Shown here piece after piece: positions 55,201-64,000 of a DNA stretch of 64,000 nucleotides (within the stretch, counting starts at the first letter, position 1; each line of letters starts with the position of its first letter). The translations under genes were made by a program, and so were the position numbers. Source of the DNA: a virus (Duplodnaviria; Heunggongvirae; Uroviricota; Caudoviricetes). The stretch lies in the IMG/VR virus record IMGVR_UViG_3300027974_000025. One strand, given 5' to 3'. The notes under the pieces were generated by a model that made no database searches, had not been told where the DNA came from, and worked only from the letters and a program-made list of their open reading frames with translations.

Positions 55201-57111
55201 TATGGTTCTATAAAGACTATTAATAATGCTCAATGGGGGCAGATATATTCATATCAAACTATTGACACAGGATTCCAAAGAATATTTAATACCATCCCAG
55301 CTAATGATCCTGAAGTGGTATTTGGTGGTGATACATACATTGGTAAATTTGGATTTAAAACAAAACTTCCTTTCTTTATAGATAATAGAGTGGGTGCTCC
55401 TGATGATTCTGATATATACTACGATGAGATTGGTAATGTAGCCTATCCACAATATTGGTATTCAGCAAGATCTATACTATCTGATTACTATGTAGGAAGC
55501 ACATTGATGAAGAACATCATCTCTATCAAAGCTCATAATTTTGATTGTCCTAATGATGCTATTGTAGATACATCAACAACTACAACATCAAGTTCTACCA
55601 CTCCTGCTGTAGGAACAACAACTTCTGGTTCTTTCAACTATGTGTACGATGGTAAGATGTATGTGTTTGCTTATGGTGTTCCTTACTACTATGTAGAAAG
55701 TTCTATTAATGTAGACTTACGTCAGGCATTCAATAACTTAGAAGGTGACTTCTACCCACACGTAAGCTCAGGTATTCCTGATAGCTGGTTCCAAGAAAGT
55801 AGAGTTCCTATTGCATTTGATAATACTTATTATTACAATACAACTTTCTCTAAACAGAATACAGAAAACTTCTTCTCTCATTTACCAACAGATTGGAAAC
55901 AACAGTTGTGTTATACATATTTTCCATTCAGAGCAATATATTCTGACAGACAGGAAAGCTATTCTGATAATAGAATAAATAGCTGGTTGATATATCGTCC
56001 AGTGAGCTTCTTTGATTTCCCTCAGAACTATGGTAATCTAATATCATTAGATGGTATTCAGAACAGAGCTACATTAGCTAGGTTTGAGAACAAGACTTTA
56101 TTGTATGGCAACTTATTAACAATTGATACAAGCAATCCTCAGGCTGCATATTTAGGCAATCCTTATTTATTTGGTGGTCCTGGTGGAACTCCTCCAGTAG
56201 ATTATGCTGAGACAGATCTTGGATTTGTTGGTTGTCAGAATAAGTTTTTACTTAAGATACCTCAAGGACAAATAACTATTGATGCTAAGAGAGGACAGAT
56301 ATTTTTAATCCAAGGAACACAGGCACAGGAAATTTCAGGGTTTGGTTCTGGTCTTAATAGGTTCTTTACAGACCATTTGGCATTTGAAATCTTGAGATAC
56401 TTTCCAATAGTAGATACAGACAACCATTTCAAAAACATTGGATTACATGGTGTATATGATAGTAAGTTTGAAAGAATTATTATCACTAAGTTAGATTATA
56501 TTCCTCAGCCAACTAAGGATGTGTTTTATGATGATGTGGCTAAAGAGTTTTATGTTAATCAACCTGTGGCTGGTAATATTTCAGTTAAGAAATATGTTGA
56601 GGTGACAGATCTTGAATACTTCTGTAACAAATCATGGACTGCATCATTTAACTTGAATACAAAGAGCTGGGTGAGTTTCCACACATACCTACCTAACTTC
56701 TACATAGGAGAAAACAACTTCTTCTATTCTGGCTTAAATGAAGGTTGTGATGTCACAGCAATAGCAGTTACAGAAATACCTTCTCCAACCACAACTACAA
56801 CCACAACAATAATTATATATTGTAACCTAACTGGTACAGCTGTAGTGACAGGATATCCTTGTCTTTTAGAGGGAACAGTGGTAGAAGAAACTACAACAAC
56901 AACAACTTCTACATCTACTAGCACAACAACAAGTACAACAAGTAGTACTACTTCTACATCTACTAGTAGTACTACTTCTACATCTACTAGTAGTACTACT
57001 TCTACATCTACAACTACTGTACCTTTTGAATGTACATTAGTACCAGGATCTTTTACAACAGAACCTGATTGTGCATTAGTAGCAGGAGAATTTATATATG
57101 AACCTTCATAA
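52255..57111 (+). CDS. large virion structural protein (about 1620 aa), a putative tail/host-recognition protein. The start is uncertain (track ORF begins at 52204).
   Basis: A very long, beta-rich ORF. The C-terminal Thr/Ser linker is encoded by a perfect 24-nt x3 tandem repeat. It ends with a Cys-containing module of about 40 aa. Confidence 0.5.
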   Translation: MAVDGIDNQETSNIRQEYNLGRVGLDMDSSVNQIQKGKLSYALNAALENFDSNSVSYQNEPSNEACLEFPAGYHLIGTHFIQEKNKHIFFLANPETGGSEIGYMNNNDCIYHTLCTPIPDTELTVCANSPCLNFDINYPIHKAVHKITNCTTEVYWTDGLNPRRFINIEQVPYITTYLNNQTCDPQIQATLDCNKLNVQPNFQIPNIEVSDIVVGGDLKAGTYQFAIQYGNASGDAYTSYYSVTNPASIANTEVTTPDFQYSVGKSIVLSITNLDITGYFQYFNLAVIKTINNGTTVELVGTYNIQEKNRLITYTGQNVTQIPLSLADVLEKFPYYEIAKDVTNVQDVIVWDNLTSIDRINYQSIANQIQLQWETYKLPAGNTYADGFYTANLRGYLRDEVYAFEIVFLLDNGKQTDGFHIPGRAKNFNEISEPDVTTANADYIGDGLPQPYWKIYNTASVSTTYPVPTGDAKKIGDAYPYQSGDFAYWESTDLYPCNTDVWGELAGTPIRHHKFPDVLVSPYFESPSIIYSGGQIDPVMQTANAIYPIGVKIDVQQIEFIIQNSSLTNAEKASIVGFKIVRGNRSTNKSIIAKGILRNVGKYEREGTEYYYPNYPYNDLSTDPFLLKENNAYNSQCDTFTITTITPGKLQYTNCNTGEPDTLTFDSSVTSICSITLPVVNSGSATFVNVTATSYTINVISGSTSFNYTDIITNALQSITIVSGNPQSVNSKTVPVRTGGSTNFTMVASNVGQNNECYPKQLDGFNNADSPYRQVFNSPETSFGQPTLGNVLKLESVLFGGGRAHFVEVQKHAMYKLLTKQIQIDALDSSRRIADLGGFSATAMFTAYQSYLQIYINGVSRKNFAYSFNSISSYDYSSDIPNNQGVKQRQLDKSQYIFPGVQNVGDNHDINNWNRESSVYVKTIDSRDGVPFTVAPLPYPNQTPSLVVAGVSQISDNSRFTLGESGNCASPEFQQPIKVVSYYGSIKTINNAQWGQIYSYQTIDTGFQRIFNTIPANDPEVVFGGDTYIGKFGFKTKLPFFIDNRVGAPDDSDIYYDEIGNVAYPQYWYSARSILSDYYVGSTLMKNIISIKAHNFDCPNDAIVDTSTTTTSSSTTPAVGTTTSGSFNYVYDGKMYVFAYGVPYYYVESSINVDLRQAFNNLEGDFYPHVSSGIPDSWFQESRVPIAFDNTYYYNTTFSKQNTENFFSHLPTDWKQQLCYTYFPFRAIYSDRQESYSDNRINSWLIYRPVSFFDFPQNYGNLISLDGIQNRATLARFENKTLLYGNLLTIDTSNPQAAYLGNPYLFGGPGGTPPVDYAETDLGFVGCQNKFLLKIPQGQITIDAKRGQIFLIQGTQAQEISGFGSGLNRFFTDHLAFEILRYFPIVDTDNHFKNIGLHGVYDSKFERIIITKLDYIPQPTKDVFYDDVAKEFYVNQPVAGNISVKKYVEVTDLEYFCNKSWTASFNLNTKSWVSFHTYLPNFYIGENNFFYSGLNEGCDVTAIAVTEIPSPTTTTTTTIIIYCNLTGTAVVTGYPCLLEGTVVEETTTTTTSTSTSTTTSTTSSTTSTSTSSTTSTSTSSTTSTSTTTVPFECTLVPGSFTTEPDCALVAGEFIYEPS
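56941..57012 (+). repeat. perfect tandem repeat, 24 nt x3 (agtagtactacttctacatctact), encoding SSTTSTST x3
   Basis: Read directly in the sequence, inside the coding region of the 1635-aa protein. Confidence 0.8.
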
Positions 57112-57127
57112 AATAATATAATATAAT

Positions 57128-57562
57128 ATGCCATTTTCAGCAACAATAAGTTTAACTTCAGCAGGAACAGATACAGGTCCTTTTGATTTATATTCAGATG
57201 TGGATTCTTTTGTAACTCCCTTTGAATCAGGAGTTAGTAAATCAGCTTTACTTTCAGGATTTTTATCATTTAATGTGCCTAATACAACAGTTACCTGTAG
57301 AGTTAAGTCTGCAGGAGCGTGTGTTAATTATGTAGATATGCCTATTGATGATCCTTACATATTTGTATATCAAAGATGTGATACATTAGATTATTATTAT
57401 AGGATAGGATTATCAACAACAGGTAATGTAGAAGATGATAATGCACCTACACCAAATTGTTATCAATATGTTGCTCAAGGATTATTATCAGTTATGAATG
57501 CTACTTATCCAAGTTTAACAATTAATAACACTCTATCTCCTTCAGGTTGTTTCTGTGTTTAA
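57128..57562 (+). CDS. fibre-associated protein, paralogous family member 2
   Basis: Its N-terminus MPFSATISLTSAGTDTGPFDLYSDVDSFVTPFESGVSKSALLSGF is homologous to those of 48029 and 57573. Confidence 0.5.
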   Translation: MPFSATISLTSAGTDTGPFDLYSDVDSFVTPFESGVSKSALLSGFLSFNVPNTTVTCRVKSAGACVNYVDMPIDDPYIFVYQRCDTLDYYYRIGLSTTGNVEDDNAPTPNCYQYVAQGLLSVMNATYPSLTINNTLSPSGCFCV

Positions 57563-57572
57563 AATAATATAA

Positions 57573-58439
57573 ATGGCTAAAACAGTAATAATAAGATTGA
57601 CATGTTCAGGTGGCAGAACAGGACCCTTTGATATCTCTGATAACTTAGGGACAGTCTTGGGCACTGACATCACTAAGCAAAACCTTATTGATGGTTACAC
57701 TGTTAGTGTTGCTGATGCTGTTACTACAATAGTTATACAATCTCAAGGTAAGTGTTCTACTACTATAAACGTTACTATTGGCACAGCTACAAAAGAACAA
57801 CTAGCTGCGTTAACATACACTGTATGTAACACAGGATCTATGTGGAGACATCTAACAGATGTAATTAACTATAACAAGTATTATGGTAATGTAGAACCAT
57901 ACATAATTGAATATCCATTTGCTTACCAAAGCTATGATGAGATACTTCAGAATGTAAAAGATTATAGTAAGGTGTTTAATTACTTACCTATTCCAGATGG
58001 TGTGTTTAATGACAACGCTCAAATACAGGTTGATAATCAATGGTTTAACAAAGCTGTTCTATACAATGGACAACAGTCCACAGGTATATTAGAACTTGTA
58101 CCAAAGCCAATCAATAACCTAAGTCAATATCTAACCTACCCTATATACAATGAGTTTAGCAAGACTATCACTTATACTAAATCAGATAACTTCTATCAAT
58201 ATAATACATTCTGGGGGTTAGTTAAGAATAAATCAGTACCTTTGTTTTCAACAAGTTGTGAGTCTTTATCAATAGATAAGATTGTATATCAACCAAATAT
58301 GGACTATGGAAAAAGATCATTCAAGAAAGAACCATTAAGAGCTAAGGATCTTAAGGTGAGACACATTCTTGATAACAGCTCTGAAGCACATATAGTGAGC
58401 CAATTTATTATTGCACCATCTCAAATCTCTTACAAATAA
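57573..58439 (+). CDS. fibre-associated protein, paralogous family member 3
   Basis: Its N-terminus MAKTVIIRLTCSGGRTGPFDISDNLGTVLGTDITKQNLIDGYTV has the same pattern. Confidence 0.5.
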   Translation: MAKTVIIRLTCSGGRTGPFDISDNLGTVLGTDITKQNLIDGYTVSVADAVTTIVIQSQGKCSTTINVTIGTATKEQLAALTYTVCNTGSMWRHLTDVINYNKYYGNVEPYIIEYPFAYQSYDEILQNVKDYSKVFNYLPIPDGVFNDNAQIQVDNQWFNKAVLYNGQQSTGILELVPKPINNLSQYLTYPIYNEFSKTITYTKSDNFYQYNTFWGLVKNKSVPLFSTSCESLSIDKIVYQPNMDYGKRSFKKEPLRAKDLKVRHILDNSSEAHIVSQFIIAPSQISYK

Positions 58440-61400
58440 TGAAAAATAAATCTTTAAATAAATACGAACAAGGAGGATTAGTCTTAAAGAAAAAGACTAA
58501 GGATAACTATGGTAAAAAAGAGAATGCCAATGCAGGATATTCCACTGCTGGCCCAGGTTGGGTGGGTGAAGGAACAACAAACAGAGGATTTAACTATAAT
58601 GGAGCATGGGGAGGCACTATGCAAATGGGTGGATCTCTACCAGGTGCTGTAGGATTCACATACGCACGTACGCAAGACCCTGCTCCTGCTAATGGTAAAT
58701 ATACAAAGAAGACAAAAGCTTCTGCTCAAAATGGACAAGAAATGAAATACTATCAAGAAGGATTAGACTTCAAACCTAAGACAATTAGTAAAAATGGTAA
58801 AAAGTTAAGTAAGGCTGCTATGGGTAAAGCTATGGTAAATAAGCAGTTACATCAACTTACAGAATGGGAAGGTGTTCCTCAATATTATAATGGAGGTCCA
58901 CTTGATACAAGTATAATAAAGTCATACCAACCTATAGGTATGCCTAGTATGAGTGCTTTGAGTGGCAAGTTATCTGATCCAGGATTTCAACAACAAGCAA
59001 TTAAGCAAGTAGAATCAATACAACCTAAAGGTGGGTTTGATGGAGCAGGTGCAGCTATGGCAGGATTAGGAGCAGTACAAGGAATCATAGGAGGTATCGA
59101 AGCAATAGGTGCACAAAAGAAGGCTAAGAAGAAAGCAGAACAAGCTACTCAGTTATCAGGACTTGCTTTACAAGCTCAGAATACTATGGAAGATCCTGCA
59201 CGTAAGTATGTCAGACCAGAAGATATGGTTTTACAACCTGGACAGATGGGTAACCCTTATGGATCAGGTACAAACTTCTTGGCTAAGAATGGTACAATGA
59301 TAGGTGGTAATCCTACAGAGATTCAGAATATCTACAACCCTGGTGATATTTATACAGATGGTGGATATGAACCTATAGATTCTAAAAGTATAAAACAATA
59401 TAAACATGGTGGTGGTATGCACAAAGCAGAACTTGGAGATTACTTCCAAGATTCTGGTCAAGCACAGATTGGTAGTGCTGTAGGAGGAGCAGCTGCTGCT
59501 GCTTTTGGATTGCCTCCAGAGTTAGGACAACTAGTAGGTAAGATTGGAGGTAACTTATTAGGTGGGGCTAAACAAGCTAATGAATTAAAAGCAGAAAAAA
59601 ATAAAGCTGTTATGAATAATGCACAATTAGCATTTAGTCAAAGCAATCAGTTTGGTGCATATATGGAACAAGGTGGTAAGGTAGATGTAGGAGATGAATA
59701 TAAGTGGGTTAGTCATGAATGGCAACCACAAACAATTACTAAGTTTGGTGAGTATAATGTTAAAGACTTATTAAAACCTCCACATGATGCAGACATGCTA
59801 AGAAGTGGTGGTCATTTAAAAGATGAATATTATACACCTCCTAGTGCAGCAGCAATGTTTACTGGCAGACCTGAGTTAAAACCTTTGACTATGGAACATG
59901 GTGGAAAATTTGCTATGGGTGGTGATTTAGAAATCTTAGATGGTGGTAAGGCAGAAACTATTTCTTATAATCCTTTCCTACCAGATGGTGGTGAGACAGT
60001 TATGTTTAAAGGAAGGTCTCATGACAATGGTGGTATTCCTATCAACTTTGGTGAGAATGGTGTAGAAGTTGAAGGTGGTGAACCAGCTGTTAAATTGAGA
60101 GATGGTGGAAATGAAAGTAATATGGTTGTCTTTGGTAATATGAAACTATCAAAGATGGCTGCTGATGAGTTTGGTATCCCAGATGCAAAAGGCAAGAAGT
60201 TTAAACATGTTGCTAATGAAATAAGTAAGGTGGAGAAAAAACAAAACAAATTAATAGATCAAGCTACAGAAAGAGCAGACATGACTACAGGAAGTAGTGG
60301 CTTTGATCAATTGAAAATGAATACAAGTGAGGCCCAACTCATGGGAGCTAATATGAAATTAAGAAACGCAGCTATTTTAAAACAAAACTTAGGAGCTGTT
60401 CAAAATGCTATTCTTGATACAGCTAGTGAACTAGGTGTAAAGAGTGATGAGTTAGCTCAAGGTAAGTTAGTAAAAGAAAAAGATCCTCGTATGATGGCAG
60501 AAACAGGTACTAATGTTCCTTATAGTGGCACACCATTTACAGATGCACCTCAGTTATATCCTGGTCCTACTCCTAGAGAATTAGTGACTAATGTTGTATC
60601 TAATGCATTAAAAGGAGTTCCTCCTATACAAGAGTATACTCAAATACCTTATCAACCAGGCTTTGGTTCAACTAGTATGTTACCTGAGGTTACAGTGACT
60701 AGTGATAAACTAAGCAGCACAGCTAACCTATCTCCTATATCAGATGCTTCTATGTCAGATAAAGGTAAATTTGATTTTAAAGGATTAGGTCAAATGGCTC
60801 TATCAAACGTAGCTCCATTCTTAAGACCTAAAACTAATTTAAGTCTTGATCCTGAAGAACTATATCCTGAATACTATGCCATGGCTACCAATCAGTTAGA
60901 ACCTGTACAGGCTCAGACATTCCAGCCAATGCTAGATACTCCTATGGACATTTCTTTGAATGATCAATTAGCTGCTATTGATTCTCAATCTAGAGCACTT
61001 ATGAGACAAGTTGGTAATAATCCTAGTGTATTAGCAAATATTGCAGGTCAAACATTAGAAGCTAAGAACAAAGTGTTAGGAGAACAAACAAGAATTAATG
61101 CTACAAATAAGATGCAGACTTATGATAAGAATAGAGCTTTGTTAAATGATGCTCAGCTTAAGAACTTACAAATTCTTGATAATCAATACGTTAGACAAGC
61201 TCAAGCCAAGTCTAATACTAAAGCTCAAACTTTTGAAGCTCTTAAGTCTATTGCTGCTAAGACTGCTCAGAACAAACTTGAGAATCAAACACTTAACACT
61301 TATGAGAACATGTACAACTACAGATTCTCTCCAAGTGGTGTAGCTTACAATACTAATGCTCCTGCTCAATTTAATATTCCTGATATTGGAAATATAGAAA

Positions 61401-61555
61401 ACATGTCTACTTCTGATAAGTCTAAGATAAAAGACTTATATGAGAGAATTGTAAGTAAGGATAAAGCTGGCAACATTACAGGAAGTAGAGAGAAAACCAG
61501 CACATCTAAAGTGAGTAGAAATGGTGCAATTGTTCAAGCTCTAAAAAATCTATAA
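58439..61555 (+). CDS. large Gly-rich virion protein (1038 aa), possibly an internal/ejection or tail protein
   Basis: A long ORF with Gly-rich segments (GGSLPGAVGF, GGAAAAAFG, MGGDLEILDGG) and a coiled C-terminal third. Confidence 0.45.
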   Translation: MKNKSLNKYEQGGLVLKKKTKDNYGKKENANAGYSTAGPGWVGEGTTNRGFNYNGAWGGTMQMGGSLPGAVGFTYARTQDPAPANGKYTKKTKASAQNGQEMKYYQEGLDFKPKTISKNGKKLSKAAMGKAMVNKQLHQLTEWEGVPQYYNGGPLDTSIIKSYQPIGMPSMSALSGKLSDPGFQQQAIKQVESIQPKGGFDGAGAAMAGLGAVQGIIGGIEAIGAQKKAKKKAEQATQLSGLALQAQNTMEDPARKYVRPEDMVLQPGQMGNPYGSGTNFLAKNGTMIGGNPTEIQNIYNPGDIYTDGGYEPIDSKSIKQYKHGGGMHKAELGDYFQDSGQAQIGSAVGGAAAAAFGLPPELGQLVGKIGGNLLGGAKQANELKAEKNKAVMNNAQLAFSQSNQFGAYMEQGGKVDVGDEYKWVSHEWQPQTITKFGEYNVKDLLKPPHDADMLRSGGHLKDEYYTPPSAAAMFTGRPELKPLTMEHGGKFAMGGDLEILDGGKAETISYNPFLPDGGETVMFKGRSHDNGGIPINFGENGVEVEGGEPAVKLRDGGNESNMVVFGNMKLSKMAADEFGIPDAKGKKFKHVANEISKVEKKQNKLIDQATERADMTTGSSGFDQLKMNTSEAQLMGANMKLRNAAILKQNLGAVQNAILDTASELGVKSDELAQGKLVKEKDPRMMAETGTNVPYSGTPFTDAPQLYPGPTPRELVTNVVSNALKGVPPIQEYTQIPYQPGFGSTSMLPEVTVTSDKLSSTANLSPISDASMSDKGKFDFKGLGQMALSNVAPFLRPKTNLSLDPEELYPEYYAMATNQLEPVQAQTFQPMLDTPMDISLNDQLAAIDSQSRALMRQVGNNPSVLANIAGQTLEAKNKVLGEQTRINATNKMQTYDKNRALLNDAQLKNLQILDNQYVRQAQAKSNTKAQTFEALKSIAAKTAQNKLENQTLNTYENMYNYRFSPSGVAYNTNAPAQFNIPDIGNIENMSTSDKSKIKDLYERIVSKDKAGNITGSREKTSTSKVSRNGAIVQALKNL

Positions 61556-61641
61556 CTAATTAAGTTATAGTGATTTACCAAAAAATGTTATACCTCTTGG
61601 TAATTCTAATATTTTAAATTAAATTTGCTAATTATAATACC

Positions 61642-64000
61642 ATGGCATCCTTTACTGATCAAATACAAACATTTAACCCTTACGTATCAAAGGCCCCTTT
61701 GATAGAAGCAATGGTCACTGTTGGCACTCAAAAGCAACAACAGTATGACCAAGGTGTGCAAAAGATTCAAGGGTATGTAGATAGCATTGCTGGAATGGAT
61801 GTTGTCAATGATGCTGACAAAAAGTATTTACAGTCCAAGCTAAATGACTTGGGTAGTAAATTAAAGACTGTCGCAGCAGGAGACTTCTCTAACCAACAGC
61901 TAGTTAACTCTGTTGGTGGTATGGCTACTCAAATTGTTAAAGATCCTACAGTTCAGAATGCTGTATACTCTACAGCCAATTATAGAAAAGAGTTAGCTAA
62001 ATTACAGAAAGATGTAGAAGAAGGAAAGTCTAGTCCAGCTAATATTGAGTTCTTTAACAAAAGAGCTAACAGTTGGTTATCTTCTGACAAAGCTGGTCAA
62101 AAGTTTTCAGCAAGTTATGTTCCTTACTTTGATGTACAAAAGTTTGCTAAAGAAACGTTTGATGCTGTAAAGCCTGATGGTTTTACAATTGATCAAGTGT
62201 ATGAAACAGATACTCAAGGTAACATCAAAGTTGATAAAGCAGGTAGACCTATCTATTCTCCAGTGATGAAAAGAATGGAACAAGAAGGTAGATTTCCAGA
62301 GAAGGTAAAACAAACTATAGAACAAATCTTTTCTGATTCTAGAGTGGGTCAACAATTAGATATTTCAGGTCAATATGAATACAGAGGTTACTCTCCACAG
62401 ATGTTAACTCAAAAAATTAACTTACAAAAAGAAGACATCATTGCTAAGTATAATGACCAGATAAATGAACTTGCTTTACAAAAAGGCACAGGTAAGGATG
62501 TCCAAGCTCAAATAGATCAGCTTGAGTTAAGAAAGAATAACATTAAAAGTCAGTATGATGATATAGTTTCTGTAGCTCAAGATAACCCAGATGCTATCAG
62601 ATCTCTTTTATATAAGGATGATGTTAAAAGTAGATTCACCACAATGTTTGGTGAGATGAAAACTAAAGAAACTTTGATGAGTAATCCAGGTTGGGAAGCT
62701 AACTTTAAGTTACAACAAGAAGCTAATGAACAATCTAGATGGGCTCAAGGAATGGCATGGGATGTTAAGAAGTTTAACATAGGATTATCAGAGGCAGAGA
62801 AAAATCGTAACTTACAAATACTTCTTGCTCAAATGAGAGGAACCAAAGGCAAAGGTGTTGATACTAATGGTGATGGTATTCCTGATGATTTTGGAGCAGG
62901 TGCTGGTTTTGAACAAGCTGATATGCCAGGTAATATTGATACTATCGCTAGGTTTGAATCAGACTTAACTAATGCTGCAGATAACTTTACTAATGCTTCT
63001 GATAACTTTATATGGACTTCTGTTCTATCTAAAATTCCTGGTAATCAGGCTAAGTTAGATGGTATGATGAAACAAGGTATTGGAAAAGACCAAGCTATTA
63101 AAAACTTACTTGATAATACAGCAGCTCAAAATAAAGAAACTCCAGAAAACTTCAGAGCAAGATGGGGAGATAAATCTACAGTGGCTTATAACAATATGAC
63201 TGCTGAACAAAAGAAAAGAAACCCTGATGTTCAAGATGCTTACTTCTTGTATGGTGAATCAAGAAGAAACTATGACATGTTAAACACTGTTAAGAATAAA
63301 GTTAATGAAGTTGCAGGAAACATATTAGGAAAGGATTTTGATAAAACAAAAGTAACAGAAGGTATAAAGCCTGTTGCAGGACTTATTAAAGGTAAACCTG
63401 TTAGTCTTAGCTCAGAAGATTTTTATGATATGGCAGTTTATCTAAAAGGTAATGAATCTTCTGTTGGTTTCTTAAATGATAAAACTGCAAGAGAAGAAGC
63501 TAAGAAAGCTGAGGCTAGATTAGACTCAAGAGGTAAATCAGAATTATTACCTATATTGTTAGAACAACAAGGTAAAACTAGAGGAGGAGTTATAACAGGT
63601 GCTGTAAGAGGAGTAAAGGCTTTAGCAAGTTTAGCAGGAGCAGGAGGACCTATTCCAGTTCCTAATGCAATGAATTTTATTGATTTGTCTCAAGTTAATA
63701 AAATATATGATAAGATGGGTAATGATTATGCAGGAGCTTTAAAAACAAAAGCAGATGTTGTAAAACAATACTATAACATTCAACCAAACTTAAAAGCTGG
63801 TTTATTAACTGGAGATGCTGGTGATGATAAAGTTACAGTAGATAAGTTAACAAGATATGCTGCTAATTACAATACAGCAGGAAAGAATCTTTCTCCTGAC
63901 TTTAAAGCATTTGCTTCTAATGTTGGTGGTAAAGATGTTACTTATGAAGCACAAGTTATTACAGGTCCTGGAAGTAAACCTTTGGTTGAAATTGTAGCAT
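61642..64000 (+). CDS. large virion protein, partial (continues beyond the window end)
   Basis: The open frame starts at the ATG at 61642 (MASFTDQIQTFNPYVSKAPLIEAM...). It has no stop before position 64000. It is not in the ORF track because it is incomplete. Confidence 0.5.
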   Translation, partial: MASFTDQIQTFNPYVSKAPLIEAMVTVGTQKQQQYDQGVQKIQGYVDSIAGMDVVNDADKKYLQSKLNDLGSKLKTVAAGDFSNQQLVNSVGGMATQIVKDPTVQNAVYSTANYRKELAKLQKDVEEGKSSPANIEFFNKRANSWLSSDKAGQKFSASYVPYFDVQKFAKETFDAVKPDGFTIDQVYETDTQGNIKVDKAGRPIYSPVMKRMEQEGRFPEKVKQTIEQIFSDSRVGQQLDISGQYEYRGYSPQMLTQKINLQKEDIIAKYNDQINELALQKGTGKDVQAQIDQLELRKNNIKSQYDDIVSVAQDNPDAIRSLLYKDDVKSRFTTMFGEMKTKETLMSNPGWEANFKLQQEANEQSRWAQGMAWDVKKFNIGLSEAEKNRNLQILLAQMRGTKGKGVDTNGDGIPDDFGAGAGFEQADMPGNIDTIARFESDLTNAADNFTNASDNFIWTSVLSKIPGNQAKLDGMMKQGIGKDQAIKNLLDNTAAQNKETPENFRARWGDKSTVAYNNMTAEQKKRNPDVQDAYFLYGESRRNYDMLNTVKNKVNEVAGNILGKDFDKTKVTEGIKPVAGLIKGKPVSLSSEDFYDMAVYLKGNESSVGFLNDKTAREEAKKAEARLDSRGKSELLPILLEQQGKTRGGVITGAVRGVKALASLAGAGGPIPVPNAMNFIDLSQVNKIYDKMGNDYAGALKTKADVVKQYYNIQPNLKAGLLTGDAGDDKVTVDKLTRYAANYNTAGKNLSPDFKAFASNVGGKDVTYEAQVITGPGSKPLVEIVA

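Noticed and set aside
40507-57111. Diversity-generating retroelement hypothesis, because of the repeated domains in the fibre genes.
   Set aside because: No reverse transcriptase (YxDD) ORF is visible anywhere in the window. The three domains of about 85 aa are in-frame protein paralogues, not a noncoding template repeat.
1-64000. A search for tRNA genes, CRISPR arrays, an integrase or transposase.
   Set aside because: The intergenic regions are short and hold only hairpins and promoters. No T-psi-C-like GTTCGAATCC motifs, spacer-repeat arrays or recombinase motifs were seen. The window looks like a lytic-phage core.

Overview
This window looks like about 64 kb of a low-GC (roughly one-third G+C) tailed dsDNA phage genome (Caudoviricetes). 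The genes fall into two opposed arms that diverge from a switch region at about 24.6-25.3 kb.

Left arm (1-24.6 kb, all genes on the minus strand): an early / DNA-metabolism module. It contains RecA (partial at the window edge), a class II ribonucleotide reductase, an HNH endonuclease, an Hsp90-like GHKL ATPase beside a DnaJ-type zinc-finger protein, uracil-DNA glycosylase, a DnaG-like primase, an SSB-like protein, a P-loop ATPase, an SF2 helicase, a DnaB-like helicase, and a phi29-like family B DNA polymerase. About 15 small early ORFs lie between the polymerase and the switch region, including a very acidic protein and a small membrane protein.

Right arm (25.3-64 kb, all genes on the plus strand): a morphogenesis module. 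It contains an HU-like protein, a zinc-ribbon protein, the large terminase, a portal, an SPFH/band-7 protein, a scaffold, a putative major capsid protein, and a second highly expressed structural protein. The tail-fibre cluster includes an H-x-H-motif fibre, a 1993-aa Gly-Thr-Ser collagen-like fibre with a C-terminal S74 chaperone domain, and a BNR/Asp-box propeller protein. After it come a family of small paralogous proteins, a metallophosphoesterase, a 1635-aa structural protein, a 1038-aa Gly-rich protein, and a large ORF that runs off the window end.

Promoter-like TTTG-N19/20-TAnnTTTA elements and the absence of Shine-Dalgarno sequences point to a Bacteroidetes host. No tRNA, CRISPR, integrase or reverse transcriptase was recognised.

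The items most worth a second look are the Hsp90-like ATPase paired with the DnaJ-Zn-finger protein, the proline-free collagen-like fibre, the G-tract and palindrome switch region, and the modular fibre-docking domains.
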